This document shows, one piece after another, positions 8,601 through 17,599 of a stretch of DNA of 64,000 bases. Position 1 is the stretch's first letter; each line of letters begins with the position of its first letter. The DNA lies in NCBI GenBank assembly GCA_020635075.1, contig JACKAM010000002.1, positions 365,896 through 429,895 on the forward strand, given 5' to 3'. Origin of the DNA: Pseudobdellovibrionaceae bacterium. Its GTDB lineage: Bacteria > Bdellovibrionota > Bdellovibrionia > Bdellovibrionales > UBA1609. The notes under the pieces are model-generated. The model made no database searches. It was not told the origin of the DNA and saw only the letters and a program-made list of their open reading frames with translations. Made by a program: the position numbers and the translations under genes.

Positions 8601-11600
8601 GCAGGTGGAAATGCGTTAGATGAGTCGCTGTGGGATCAAACCACACGTTTGTTTCCGACAAATCACAAGATGTCGGATTAATCTGACAGGAGGTATATGA
8701 CTGTGGACCGACAGTAAACTTGCCTATTTTACAATTCAGATCCTCCGAACAAGTTCCAATCGCTTCCATCCTCCCATCAGTGGTCTTTTCGAGAAGAGGG
8801 AAATTGTCCACTTTGCCATCAAATAACAACTTCTCCTGCCATCTTTTGAAATACGAAGGATTGCCATTTGCATACACTCCCTGGGAGACTAGGACGGCGA
8901 GGGTCTTGTCCTGGAGTACGTAACTCGACAATATACTTCTTTGATTCATCGTCCAGTGTGCAAGCCTAAAATTTGCAGCTTTGCCATTGGCAAACGCCTC
9001 CTTATCTTCCGGACTAAAATTCTGAGGAGCAACACATGCAGAATAGCTGTCCTTGCATGTTAAAAGCAAAGTCGAATTACCCGATGCATTCACCCATTGG
9101 AGGAATCTCCTCGCCAGAGGAAGATCTACTAATCTTTCCTGCGCATCATTGGCATCATAATAATCAGGAAAGCCATTTGGATATGCTGATGTTTGCTGAC
9201 AACTGCTCTTCCTTGCAAGGTGAAGATCGGCATTATCACACGTTAAATCAACATGATAACGAAAGTCCAAATGTAGCCCATTTTTGTGGGAATCATGAGC
9301 CGGAATTTTCCCGCCAAAAGGTAATGAAGCATCATTACAATAGGCCGTATGAGGATCATAGAATTTCACAGCCCTGACTATATCAATTATCGGCCTCCGG
9401 GCAAATATGGACACATTGTTTCCATACTTCCGATCACAGACACCAGGAACAAAATTAAAGGCCTTGGCAGGAGATCTCTGATGACTGGCCTTTAGAATAA
9501 AAGGATTGAGGTTAAAACTGGCTTTAAACTGAGCTCGTTGAGCTGTTGGAGTGATCAGGATCTGGTCCGTCAGAGGATCATAGACCTCCACGAAAAAATT
9601 GATTGCGAACTTGTCAGGTTGGTTCAAGGGCGCCCAGTTCAAATGCTCGGTGAGGTTTTTGACATCGACCTCAATCCGGACTTTCGTCTCGCTCCTCTTT
9701 GTTTGGCTGGGAATTTCCTCCAAGATCCTGAAATAGTACCGACGTTGAGTCGAGGTCGAAAAACCAACGAGGCCACCCACTCCGGAGACCCTAAAGCGTT
9801 GGTTGTCTCCGACAGACAGCGTGACAGTGTATTCGGGCCTCCAAGTTCCGCCGTGGTTCTCATAAAGGTTGTAGTGGGTCGATTCATCCACATCCACTGG
9901 AAACATTCCGGTTGCATAGGCGAGACTTCGCTTTGAATCCTCCACTGGTGTGTACACTGGAGTGGGAGGTGTCGTGGTGGCGGCCATTATCGTGTTTTGC
10001 GCCGATGCAGTGACGACAACCGGAGTTGTTTCCCCAATTCCATCTTCGACAGATTTGATTTCTGGATAGGGTCCGGTAGGCCAAGAGATATGGCAGCTCA
10101 TTCGGTGTGGCAATGCCTCCCAATAATGGAACCAGTCCGTCGAAAGGCTTACATATGGCCTAGGATCAAAGTTATCATTTGGATCCAAATCTACAAGATG
10201 AAGATCTTTCGGAATTTTCACTCGCCAAGTCCAGTTGAGACCCCAATCAATCACATTTTGACCTGCCTCCCCAGCTGGAGGGAACTTCACATAATCTGCC
10301 ATTTCTTCGTCACTTGAAATCCCTAGGCGGGCCCTGACATTGGCGGCACTATCATAAATGGTCTTAGTAATGGTTTCCCGCTTCACCGGATCCCAGAAAT
10401 TGACCCTGATAGGGAATACTCTGGCATCGTTACCTCTGATGGTATTGATATCCACATTTCTCCAGTACCATTGTTTGGCGTGGGTTGCGGGATCATAGTT
10501 GGGAGGGCGACACCAAAGAGCCTTACTACGCTCATACCACTGCAAGTAGGGAATATAGCCAGATAAGGATTGAAAATTACAGTTGACGATGACTTCTTCA
10601 GCAAAAGGCGGAATCTTTTTGGCATCCGTGTAACTTGGCTTAGTTGGGTCTGTCGAGACGTAGTGGTCATGATTCAAGTATGGATTACTGTGGGGCCCCA
10701 CTTGGTGAATGATACCATCGCCAGGATAAACTCGGCTTTGACAAATGTCCGTCATATTGGTGTTCATGTATTCTGGCCCAGTGATAGACTGTATGGGGAA
10801 ATCAACCGTCGGCGGAATATCGAAACCTTGGACAAGCCCCACGTTAGCCGATTTGACGGCAGTTGACCCTCGGACAACCTCTAGGACCTGATCAAAGGAG
10901 CTTGGTCGATATTCCGGCAGGGAGAACGAAAAGCTCGGCTGCCTTGAATCCAGTGCCGCAAACGAAGTTTCCTGAGCCCCGACCTTCTGCGCCAGTTGAC
11001 TCACCTCGTTACCTGGTTGATTGAAATCAATAAAGGCATAGGTACCAGGCTCTAAGTCCGCCAACTTCTCCATAGGGCCGGTCGATGGCGACGTGGTTTC
11101 AACCAGGTACTTTCCTGCTGGTAGATCCTCAAAAGAAACATTTCCAGAGACCTCGTGGCGACTCCGAACAATGGAAGTACCAAGGGCGCGAACCAGAACC
11201 TCCCGGGCATCGGGGGGTAAACCAACCGTGATTCCAGAACTTCCAACATAGTGTGGTTCTGTGGCGCCAACTACGGGAGTTCCATCAACGGCATTAGACC
11301 CATGGATTTCAAACCAATAGGTATCGGTCAAATTATCAAGTTTTGAAAGAAATTGTTGGGTATCGACAACAATCTCAGTGCCATCAATTTCAATAATATC
11401 GGTCAAATCAAGCGGAATCGGTTTTCCCATTGGCGACCAGTGAACAAATAAAATTGGCTCTTGGCTTGATGAGGGCTCAGGAAAACTCAGAGCCACTCCG
11501 TGATTGTTTCGCAGCCTGAAAGTTGGCTTTGAAGTGGGAATCACATTACCTATCGAATCCCCAACGCGGAAACAGGTTGAATGATGTGCCATAAATGAAC

Positions 11601-14589
11601 AGTCGACATCGTTGACGGCAACCACGACGGCCAAAGAAGCCGTGTCTGACTTTCCAGATGGACTGGTCATAGTAAGATCTACTTGGAACACTCCCTCGGT
11701 CTCAAAGACATGTTGACCATTTCTCAGCATACTGCTGGTTCCATCCCCAAAATCCCAGTGGGCCTGAGTGCCGTCGTCATACATCACTGAGTCATCTGAT
11801 GAAAACTCGATGATTGCCGGAATTGAATCGATATTAAGAACCTGCCCTTTGGCGAATTCTGGTCGCGGGTACTTTTTGGAGTCAATGATCGTGGGGTTTG
11901 ATACTGGAAAGGGTTCTGGTAAGACATCAACGACTTTTTCAGCCAGATACACTGCCCCTGATGAATCAGTCACCTCTAGTCTTACCGTCTTGGACCCTGG
12001 CACAGAAAAAATATGAGACGAAATTTCTCCTAAACCAGATCCACCGTCCCCGAAACTCCATTGATATGCCAGTGGCAGGCCTGTCGGGTTGTAAGTCGGA
12101 ACTGCTGAAAAGGTTGTGGTCAGTCCTGTGTACACAGCTTGAGGTGATGAAATGAAGTTAGGGACGATATCACCACCAGGCGGGTTGGGGTCCAAGACTG
12201 TGACTACTAAAAATGAGCTTGCGGTTTTCCCGTGATTGTCCGTGACCGTAAGCACAATCGAATGTGCCCCGGGTTGGTCAAATGTATCGACGTAATAGGG
12301 ACCAGTCCATACATGGCCATTTGAGTTGTCCCATCTATACTCAATTATTTCTCCATCGGGATCGTAGGAATTATAGGCGTCGACTTCGACTCGCAAAGGG
12401 GCTGTCCCCGTCGTAGGAGTTAGAGCCACAATTTCTGCAACGGGAGGCTGATTATCTAGTGGTGGTGGCGCACTGAGAACGCGGATCTCGGCTGTGTGGG
12501 TCGCGTAATTTCCTGCTTGGTCAATAACTGTGAGGCTAGGAAAATACTGGCCAGGCTCTTGGTAGGTGTGGCTTTCATAGGGGCCACTGATTGATTTCTG
12601 TCCGTCTCCCCAGCTCCAAATCCAAGTTGTCACCTGATCGTCGCTGTCCCAGGTGTAACTGCCATTAAAACTGACTTCTACCGGAGCTTGGCCTACAAGC
12701 GGTGTGGCAATAAAAAGTGGCAGAGGTGGTGTCCCCGAATAGACATTGATTTCAGTTTCAAGCCGAGTGGTGAGATTTTCTGGATTTGTGAGTGAAAGAG
12801 TGATTTTGTAAAGGCCACTTTTCGCGTAAGTATGGCTTATGCTGTGAAGGTCTGATCCAATGCCTGTTAAAACTGTACCGTCTCCCAGATCCCATTTTAG
12901 ATTAAAATCGGCAATTTGATTAAGATCAAAGGTATCAAGCCAGATTTGAATCTCTTCATTGACCGATGGCGAGTAATTGTCGAGGGCAATCGCTACGGGT
13001 AGATCGGCTGATGTGTGCTGGACATTGACGGTCTTTTTCGTCAAATACCTTTGACCCAAGACATCAAAGGCTGAGAGCTGAACTTCGTAGGGACCGGGGC
13101 CTGGGTAGGTGTGGCTTTGGTTTCGGCCTCTGGCGTAACTGTTGTCTCCGTAAAACCAGTGGAAATTGTGATACTCAATCGGAGCTGTTGTAAGGCCAAC
13201 TGAGTTATCAAACCACAACTCTAGAGGATCTGAAGGGTTGGCTTGAGCCAAAAAATCTACTTTTGCAGGGTCACCTGAAAGAACGTGGACCGTAAAGTGC
13301 TCAACTGAGGACTTTCCTTGAGCGTCCCTGACGGTGAGTCTTCCGTAATAAGATCCTGGGTAGTTAAAGGTGTGGCTTGTCATTGCCCCTTGAGTGAAAT
13401 CAATCGGATCATGGTCATCCCCAAAGGTCCATTCGACTTGGGAGATCGAATCACCTGAGTCGATGTCAAATGACTGAGAGGCGTCGAGTTGAACTGTAAA
13501 TGGACTTTGCCCCAACAACCCCGATGAAATCAAAACAGGTGTGGGAGGTACATTGGCATCAGTCTCGCCCACGACGATCTGAGTTGTCACTTCCCGCCGG
13601 GCCAAGAACTGATCTCGAAGCCTGAGCCTGACAGTGTAGGTTCCAGGCTGTGAATAGGTATGGCTCACAACTGCTTGATCAGTACCAATCACTTCAGGTG
13701 AATTATCCCCAAACCGCCAACGATAACGGATTTCATCGTTTTCTGGGTCAAAGCTCTCTGAGGCATCAAATGTCACGGTCAAGGGGGCTGGGCCACTGGC
13801 TTGATTAACCGAAATATGAGGCACTGGGGGCTGATTGGGCACAATTTCAATTTGTCTTGAAGTCGAAGTTGAAAGCCCTGAGTCGTCAGTAATGGTGAGA
13901 GTGACCTGATAAACTCCGGTGTTTTGATAATAGTGCTCCACACTGGCATATAGGTCCGTTTCATGAGGGTAGAGAGTCAGGATTTTACCTATGCCAAAAT
14001 CCCAGGTGTAGCTCACTATCTGACCCCCATCCTGGTCTTCAGCTGGCATCAAAGTGAAAAACAACGCCTTGGTCGGCACGTGATCCGTTGTCGTAACAAA
14101 AAAGATTCCGCCTCCATCAGTAGGAGGCTTTGGTTTTGGCAGCACAGTATACTCAATGGGAACCGAGGTCTGAGCGCCATCGTCGTCAGTTGCGGTTACT
14201 GTCACCACATAAACCCCTGCCACTTGCCACGAGTGCTCGGCTACAAAGCCAGTACTTGAGGTATTGTCCCCCCAGTCAAAATGCACCTCGGTTACCAAAC
14301 CATCTGGATCGGTTGAGGCCATGGCATCAAAGAGCACCACTTCATCTTCAAGGGGCTGATCGGTACTCCAGGTCAAATTCAAAATAGGTGGCTGATTGGA
14401 GTCTTCACCGTAAATGCTCACTTTAACGAAGGAACCGGGAAAGCCTTTAAGCTTTAAAGACAGTGTTGATGTGTCTTCAGTGAGGTCAATCGGTATTCGA
14501 ACTTCCTGGGTGCCGATGTTGAGGCTACCCGGAGTTAGGATCAAATTTTGATTGAGCCACACATGACCGGCATGAACGCGAGTAAACAA
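8584..14589 (-). CDS. Giant PKD-repeat exoprotein with a C-terminal MepA/LAS-like metallopeptidase module (body of a gene frameshifted at 14704-14712)
   Basis: 2001-aa ORF. It has about ten PKD-type repeats (for example APLTVTFDASESFDPENDEIRYRWRFGDNSPE..HTYSQPGTYTVRLRLRD) spanning roughly nt 11700-14340. The C-terminal ~290 aa (nt 8587-9459) read CNDASLPFGGKIPAHDSHKNGLHLDFRY ... THFHLHAMER. The annotated TTG start is probably an internal Leu codon. Confidence 0.85.
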   Translation of the reverse strand: MFTRVHAGHVWLNQNLILTPGSLNIGTQEVRIPIDLTEDTSTLSLKLKGFPGSFVKVSIYGEDSNQPPILNLTWSTDQPLEDEVVLFDAMASTDPDGLVTEVHFDWGDNTSSTGFVAEHSWQVAGVYVVTVTATDDDGAQTSVPIEYTVLPKPKPPTDGGGIFFVTTTDHVPTKALFFTLMPAEDQDGGQIVSYTWDFGIGKILTLYPHETDLYASVEHYYQNTGVYQVTLTITDDSGLSTSTSRQIEIVPNQPPVPHISVNQASGPAPLTVTFDASESFDPENDEIRYRWRFGDNSPEVIGTDQAVVSHTYSQPGTYTVRLRLRDQFLARREVTTQIVVGETDANVPPTPVLISSGLLGQSPFTVQLDASQSFDIDSGDSISQVEWTFGDDHDPIDFTQGAMTSHTFNYPGSYYGRLTVRDAQGKSSVEHFTVHVLSGDPAKVDFLAQANPSDPLELWFDNSVGLTTAPIEYHNFHWFYGDNSYARGRNQSHTYPGPGPYEVQLSAFDVLGQRYLTKKTVNVQHTSADLPVAIALDNYSPSVNEEIQIWLDTFDLNQIADFNLKWDLGDGTVLTGIGSDLHSISHTYAKSGLYKITLSLTNPENLTTRLETEINVYSGTPPLPLFIATPLVGQAPVEVSFNGSYTWDSDDQVTTWIWSWGDGQKSISGPYESHTYQEPGQYFPSLTVIDQAGNYATHTAEIRVLSAPPPLDNQPPVAEIVALTPTTGTAPLRVEVDAYNSYDPDGEIIEYRWDNSNGHVWTGPYYVDTFDQPGAHSIVLTVTDNHGKTASSFLVVTVLDPNPPGGDIVPNFISSPQAVYTGLTTTFSAVPTYNPTGLPLAYQWSFGDGGSGLGEISSHIFSVPGSKTVRLEVTDSSGAVYLAEKVVDVLPEPFPVSNPTIIDSKKYPRPEFAKGQVLNIDSIPAIIEFSSDDSVMYDDGTQAHWDFGDGTSSMLRNGQHVFETEGVFQVDLTMTSPSGKSDTASLAVVVAVNDVDCSFMAHHSTCFRVGDSIGNVIPTSKPTFRLRNNHGVALSFPEPSSSQEPILFVHWSPMGKPIPLDLTDIIEIDGTEIVVDTQQFLSKLDNLTDTYWFEIHGSNAVDGTPVVGATEPHYVGSSGITVGLPPDAREVLVRALGTSIVRSRHEVSGNVSFEDLPAGKYLVETTSPSTGPMEKLADLEPGTYAFIDFNQPGNEVSQLAQKVGAQETSFAALDSRQPSFSFSLPEYRPSSFDQVLEVVRGSTAVKSANVGLVQGFDIPPTVDFPIQSITGPEYMNTNMTDICQSRVYPGDGIIHQVGPHSNPYLNHDHYVSTDPTKPSYTDAKKIPPFAEEVIVNCNFQSLSGYIPYLQWYERSKALWCRPPNYDPATHAKQWYWRNVDINTIRGNDARVFPIRVNFWDPVKRETITKTIYDSAANVRARLGISSDEEMADYVKFPPAGEAGQNVIDWGLNWTWRVKIPKDLHLVDLDPNDNFDPRPYVSLSTDWFHYWEALPHRMSCHISWPTGPYPEIKSVEDGIGETTPVVVTASAQNTIMAATTTPPTPVYTPVEDSKRSLAYATGMFPVDVDESTHYNLYENHGGTWRPEYTVTLSVGDNQRFRVSGVGGLVGFSTSTQRRYYFRILEEIPSQTKRSETKVRIEVDVKNLTEHLNWAPLNQPDKFAINFFVEVYDPLTDQILITPTAQRAQFKASFNLNPFILKASHQRSPAKAFNFVPGVCDRKYGNNVSIFARRPIIDIVRAVKFYDPHTAYCNDASLPFGGKIPAHDSHKNGLHLDFRYHVDLTCDNADLHLARKSSCQQTSAYPNGFPDYYDANDAQERLVDLPLARRFLQWVNASGNSTLLLTCKDSYSACVAPQNFSPEDKEAFANGKAANFRLAHWTMNQRSILSSYVLQDKTLAVLVSQGVYANGNPSYFKRWQEKLLFDGKVDNFPLLEKTTDGRMEAIGTCSEDLNCKIGKFTVGPQSYTSCQINPTSCDLSETNVWFDPTATHLTHFHLHAMER

Positions 14590-14686
14590 AGTCTTAAAGG
14601 CTGCAAGGCCATGTTTGATCCGGCAAACAAACGAAACAAAGCTTCGCTCTTTTGGACAAACTCCTAAATCAACAGGAAGACCGTTT

Positions 14687-15004
14687 TCAATAACAAGGAG
14701 ATACCCCCCCCCTAGCTAGATCAAGACTTTGCGTTTGAACGTGAGGCTTAAAGATGCGGCCATGGAAAGTCTCGGGGCCCCAGACGAGATCGAGTTCTTC
14801 AGATGAATTTTGATTGTTCGAATCACTTGGTGGTTGAACGACCGACGGACCATGCTTAAACCAGTGGCCCATCTTGGCGTAGGAAACTTCCGGGGCAAGG
14901 AACCCAAAAGCCAAGAGCACAAAAAAGGCTCTGAAGGTAATTGAAGTAACAACAAACCACCAACTACTGCTACGACCGCAAGCTCTCTCAACTCCAAACG
15001 CCAT
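14687..15004 (-). CDS. Signal-peptide-bearing N-terminal fragment of the giant exoprotein gene, separated from it by a frameshift
   Basis: The 105-aa ORF begins MAFGVERACGRSSSWWFVVTSITFRAFFVLLAFGFLAPEVSYA-K. It ends 5 codons after the G9 tract. Removing one G fuses it in frame to ORF 8584-14589. Confidence 0.7.
   Translation of the reverse strand: MAFGVERACGRSSSWWFVVTSITFRAFFVLLAFGFLAPEVSYAKMGHWFKHGPSVVQPPSDSNNQNSSEELDLVWGPETFHGRIFKPHVQTQSLDLARGGVSPCY
14704..14712 (-). repeat. Homopolymer: C9 on the plus strand, G9 on the coding strand, at the frame junction
   Basis: Counted directly: ataCCCCCCCCCtagc. Both reading frames overlap only at this tract. Confidence 0.95.
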
Positions 15005-15334
15005 GACTTCTCCCTTTTTATCCCGTCAACGTGCCACTTTTAAACACGGGAAGTCGTTCTTATTTTGTGAAGACTTGATTCTAACCTAACAATCCTTGTT
15101 GACCTATCACCCGGCAAAACGAGGGTCGTGCAAATCAAGGACTTAGAGGCCAAAACCAGAGAGGGGGAAACCGAGCAAATCCGCATTGGCTCAGGCTTTG
15201 AGGGGAAAATAAGGATTATTCACAAGAGTGTTTCAGATTTAGAAGGTACGCCCGGGCCTTCGCTCGGGGCCTCGACTCAACTTTGATTAAGATCAATCCC
15301 TTCTCGAAACGCTTTCTCAAGCAATTTACCCTCG

Positions 15335-15652
15335 CTAGGTCGCGAGGGTAAGCTTATAGATCGAGGCCCCTAGATGATCGGCAAGATCTAAGAGCTTGAG
15401 GTCTTCGATTCCTTCAATTCTCAATATCGCCTGACATTCGCGCAGAGAACCAAGGGCAATAGAGTAAAACCGCCTTTTGTCCTTTGGACTTGGCTTGCCA
15501 CTCCCCTCGGCAAGATTCAGCGCCACGGATGAAGACGCCCGGAGCATCTGATCCCGCAAATGAATCGGCAGCTTCAACAGCTTCACTTGCTGACAAAATT
15601 CCACTGCCAAATCTAAGGTCCTAAATCTGTATTCGTGTTTTTTCTGTGTCAT
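15335..15652 (-). CDS. Four-helix-bundle protein (23S rRNA intervening-sequence protein / Avd-like family)
   Basis: 105 aa. The motifs ...SSVALNLAEGSGKPSPKDKRRFYSIALGSLRECQAIL... match the family signature (NIAEG...s.kd...f..iA.GS..E) as I remember it. Confidence 0.75.
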   Translation of the reverse strand: MTQKKHEYRFRTLDLAVEFCQQVKLLKLPIHLRDQMLRASSSVALNLAEGSGKPSPKDKRRFYSIALGSLRECQAILRIEGIEDLKLLDLADHLGASIYKLTLAT

Positions 15653-15714
15653 TTTAACTTCCTTTGTAAAGTGTGTTGGCCATCACCCCAAGGTGGGCCA
15701 ACCACTGCCACAAA

Positions 15715-15940
15715 GGAAAACGGATCACGGTACGGATACGGGAACTGTCGCCGAAACGCTAACAGGTTACGGTTTACTGGTTACGGAAAAAGGGGACCAA
15801 CGAACGCAACAAAGGAGGAATTTCCGTTTGCGTAACCCGTTACCCGGAACCAGTAAACGTGACAGTGACAGTGACAGTTACGGATACCGAAACCGTCACG
15901 ACAACGTTTACGGGTTACCGATCACGGATTACGGTTCTTG
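15715..15940. repeat. Array of short ACGG/CCGT-centred repeats (GTTACGG, ATCACGG, CCGTAAC), plus (GTGACA)x3 at 15859-15876
   Basis: Examples: cggatcACGGtACGGatACGG, ggttACGGtttactggttACGG, CGTAACCCGTTACCCGG, tttACGGgttACCGatcACGGattACGG. It lies in the divergent intergenic region between the 4HB and HNH genes. Confidence 0.8.
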
Positions 15941-16195
15941 GTTAACGAGAAAAAATTCCGTTCGTTTCAAAAATATTTTAAACACTACTATTGACGCCTT
16001 TTTCGTCGTCGTTAAACGCCCAATATTCGCTTTAACTCGCAAATTTGGTTTTCCTCTCTCGCTCTCACTAAAAACCTACCAACGCCTTTCCTGGTGCGCC
16101 TCCCAGGCGACTTGATCTACGTTAGGCAGCTCGCCAAACTAGGCGCTATAAAACCCATGCTATACATCCATTACTCGTTTCGAGGGGGATTTAAC

Positions 16196-17587
16196 ATGAA
16201 TGATCACATGAATTTCGAAGACCATCTGCCAGTCAAGATCCGCAACATTCACCAGCAAGCCCTGCAGGCCTCGGCCAGATATAAAACGGCTGAAATTGAC
16301 CTCATCAACATATTAGACCAAGTAGAGCAAAACCGGGTTTACCTTCGCTATGGTTACAACTCTCTTTTTCAATATGGGGTCCAATGCCTGGGGCTCTCGG
16401 ACGGCGTGGTCTATGCTCTGATTGCTGTGACCCGCAAATCTCGCGAGGTTCCGGAACTGAAGGAAGAAATCAAAGAGGGTAGACTTACGGTTTCAAAGGC
16501 CAAACGAATTACTTCGGTGATCAACAATGAAAACAAAACCCAATGGCTTGAGTTAGCCAAAACCTCAACTCAATCCAAAGTGGAGCGGGAAGTGGCAAAG
16601 GCAAACCCTCAAGAGGCTCGCAAGGGGAAGATGACCTATGTCCACCCGCAAAATGAGATTCAGGAGAAGGTGGCCATCCAGCAACAACCGACAGCTGTTC
16701 GGGTGCAACTTCAAGTGGGGATCTCGGAAAGACTGATGATTAAGATTCGCCGGGCTCAGGACCTCATGAGTCAGAAGGCCCAAAAGCCAGCCAACTTGGA
16801 AGCAACATTGGAATCCATAGTCGACTTGTTTTTGGCAAAGCATGATCCGCTGAAGAAAGCGGAACGGCAAATGATTCGCGGAAAGCTCTCCCGTGAGAAT
16901 CAGTCTACATCTGCTCCAATCCCCGATAACCAAGGATCGCCTGAAATATCAGTGACAGAAGCAAAACCTGAACTCTCCTTGAGGAGAGCTGGCGAAGTGG
17001 CTGCGTCAAAGGAAACTCCTGACAGGGAAATCTATCGAGATGGTAAACCTACCACTAAAAAACCGGCTCACCTAACTGTCGATCAGCTGAACAATGACTC
17101 CCCTTTGTCCGATAGTCGGTCCGATTGCCGAGCCATTTCCGGAAATCCGAATCCTCGCCGTCGCGCTGGGCGTATCCGAACTGCGGCGGCAAAGCTGACG
17201 CAGTCCGAAGACGCGCCTGCGGCCGATAAGGCGTGTGAGGATTTGCGGAGAATGGTCGGCAATGGACTGAATCACCTGATAAAGGTTTCTGCGAATCAAC
17301 AATTAGGTGGGCCAGTTAATACAAATAGAACTAAAACGACGGGGAGAAAGCGAAAACCACTTCCAGCCGCCACTAAACACCGGGTGATGCTGAAATTTGC
17401 CGGCCAATGTAGTCATGAAAACCACCAGGGAGAAAGATGTCGGGAGACTAAGTTTCTGGAGATCCATCATCTGAAACCCATTGCTCTTGGCGGAGGTGAC
17501 CACCTTGAAAATCTGACCCTGCTTTGCTCGGGACATCATCGCGCCCAACATCTTTCTGGCACATCGACCCTATCCTTACCCGGCTAG
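16196..17587 (+). CDS. HNH endonuclease with a DUF222-like N-terminal domain and a long low-complexity insert
   Basis: The C-terminus reads CSHENHQGERCRETKFLEIHHLKPIALGGGDHLENLTLLCSGHHRAQH (HNH). The N-terminus (ARYKTAEIDLINILDQVEQNRVYLRYGYNSLFQYGV...GRLTVSKAKRI) resembles DUF222-HNH proteins. I prefer the ATG at 16196, preceded by GAGGGGGA, over the track start at 16094. Confidence 0.8.
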   Translation: MNDHMNFEDHLPVKIRNIHQQALQASARYKTAEIDLINILDQVEQNRVYLRYGYNSLFQYGVQCLGLSDGVVYALIAVTRKSREVPELKEEIKEGRLTVSKAKRITSVINNENKTQWLELAKTSTQSKVEREVAKANPQEARKGKMTYVHPQNEIQEKVAIQQQPTAVRVQLQVGISERLMIKIRRAQDLMSQKAQKPANLEATLESIVDLFLAKHDPLKKAERQMIRGKLSRENQSTSAPIPDNQGSPEISVTEAKPELSLRRAGEVAASKETPDREIYRDGKPTTKKPAHLTVDQLNNDSPLSDSRSDCRAISGNPNPRRRAGRIRTAAAKLTQSEDAPAADKACEDLRRMVGNGLNHLIKVSANQQLGGPVNTNRTKTTGRKRKPLPAATKHRVMLKFAGQCSHENHQGERCRETKFLEIHHLKPIALGGGDHLENLTLLCSGHHRAQHLSGTSTLSLPG

Positions 17588-17599
17588 GTGGCAAGGGTG

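Noticed and set aside
8720-14387. Plus-strand and out-of-frame minus-strand ORFs inside the giant gene (for example 9036-9377, 9538-9936, 9997-10317, 13963-14259)
   Set aside because: They are short and lie wholly inside a 6-kb ORF with clear PKD-domain periodicity on the other strand or frame. I treat them as shadow ORFs. The same logic applies to overlapping shadow ORFs throughout the window, for example 18500-18889, 19916-20317, 25869-26615, 31708-32415, 34792-35343 and 42007-42636.
15635-16115. Track ORFs 15635-15835 (66 aa) and 15693-16115 (140 aa) in the 4HB/HNH intergenic region
   Set aside because: Their peptides (…TGYG…YGYRNRH…DSDSDS…) are simply translations of the ACGG/GTTACGG and GTGACA repeats. 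They have no start context and no protein-like composition. I treat the region as non-coding repeat DNA.
16094-17587. HNH protein as an IscB/Cas9-like RNA-guided nuclease, with the flanking repeats as its guide (HEARO/omega) RNA
   Set aside because: I could not find RuvC-like motifs (no D..G, E or H/D segments flanking the HNH) or an arginine-rich bridge helix. The N-terminus is a helical DUF222-type domain. The flanking DNA consists of short iterated motifs rather than one long structured RNA gene.
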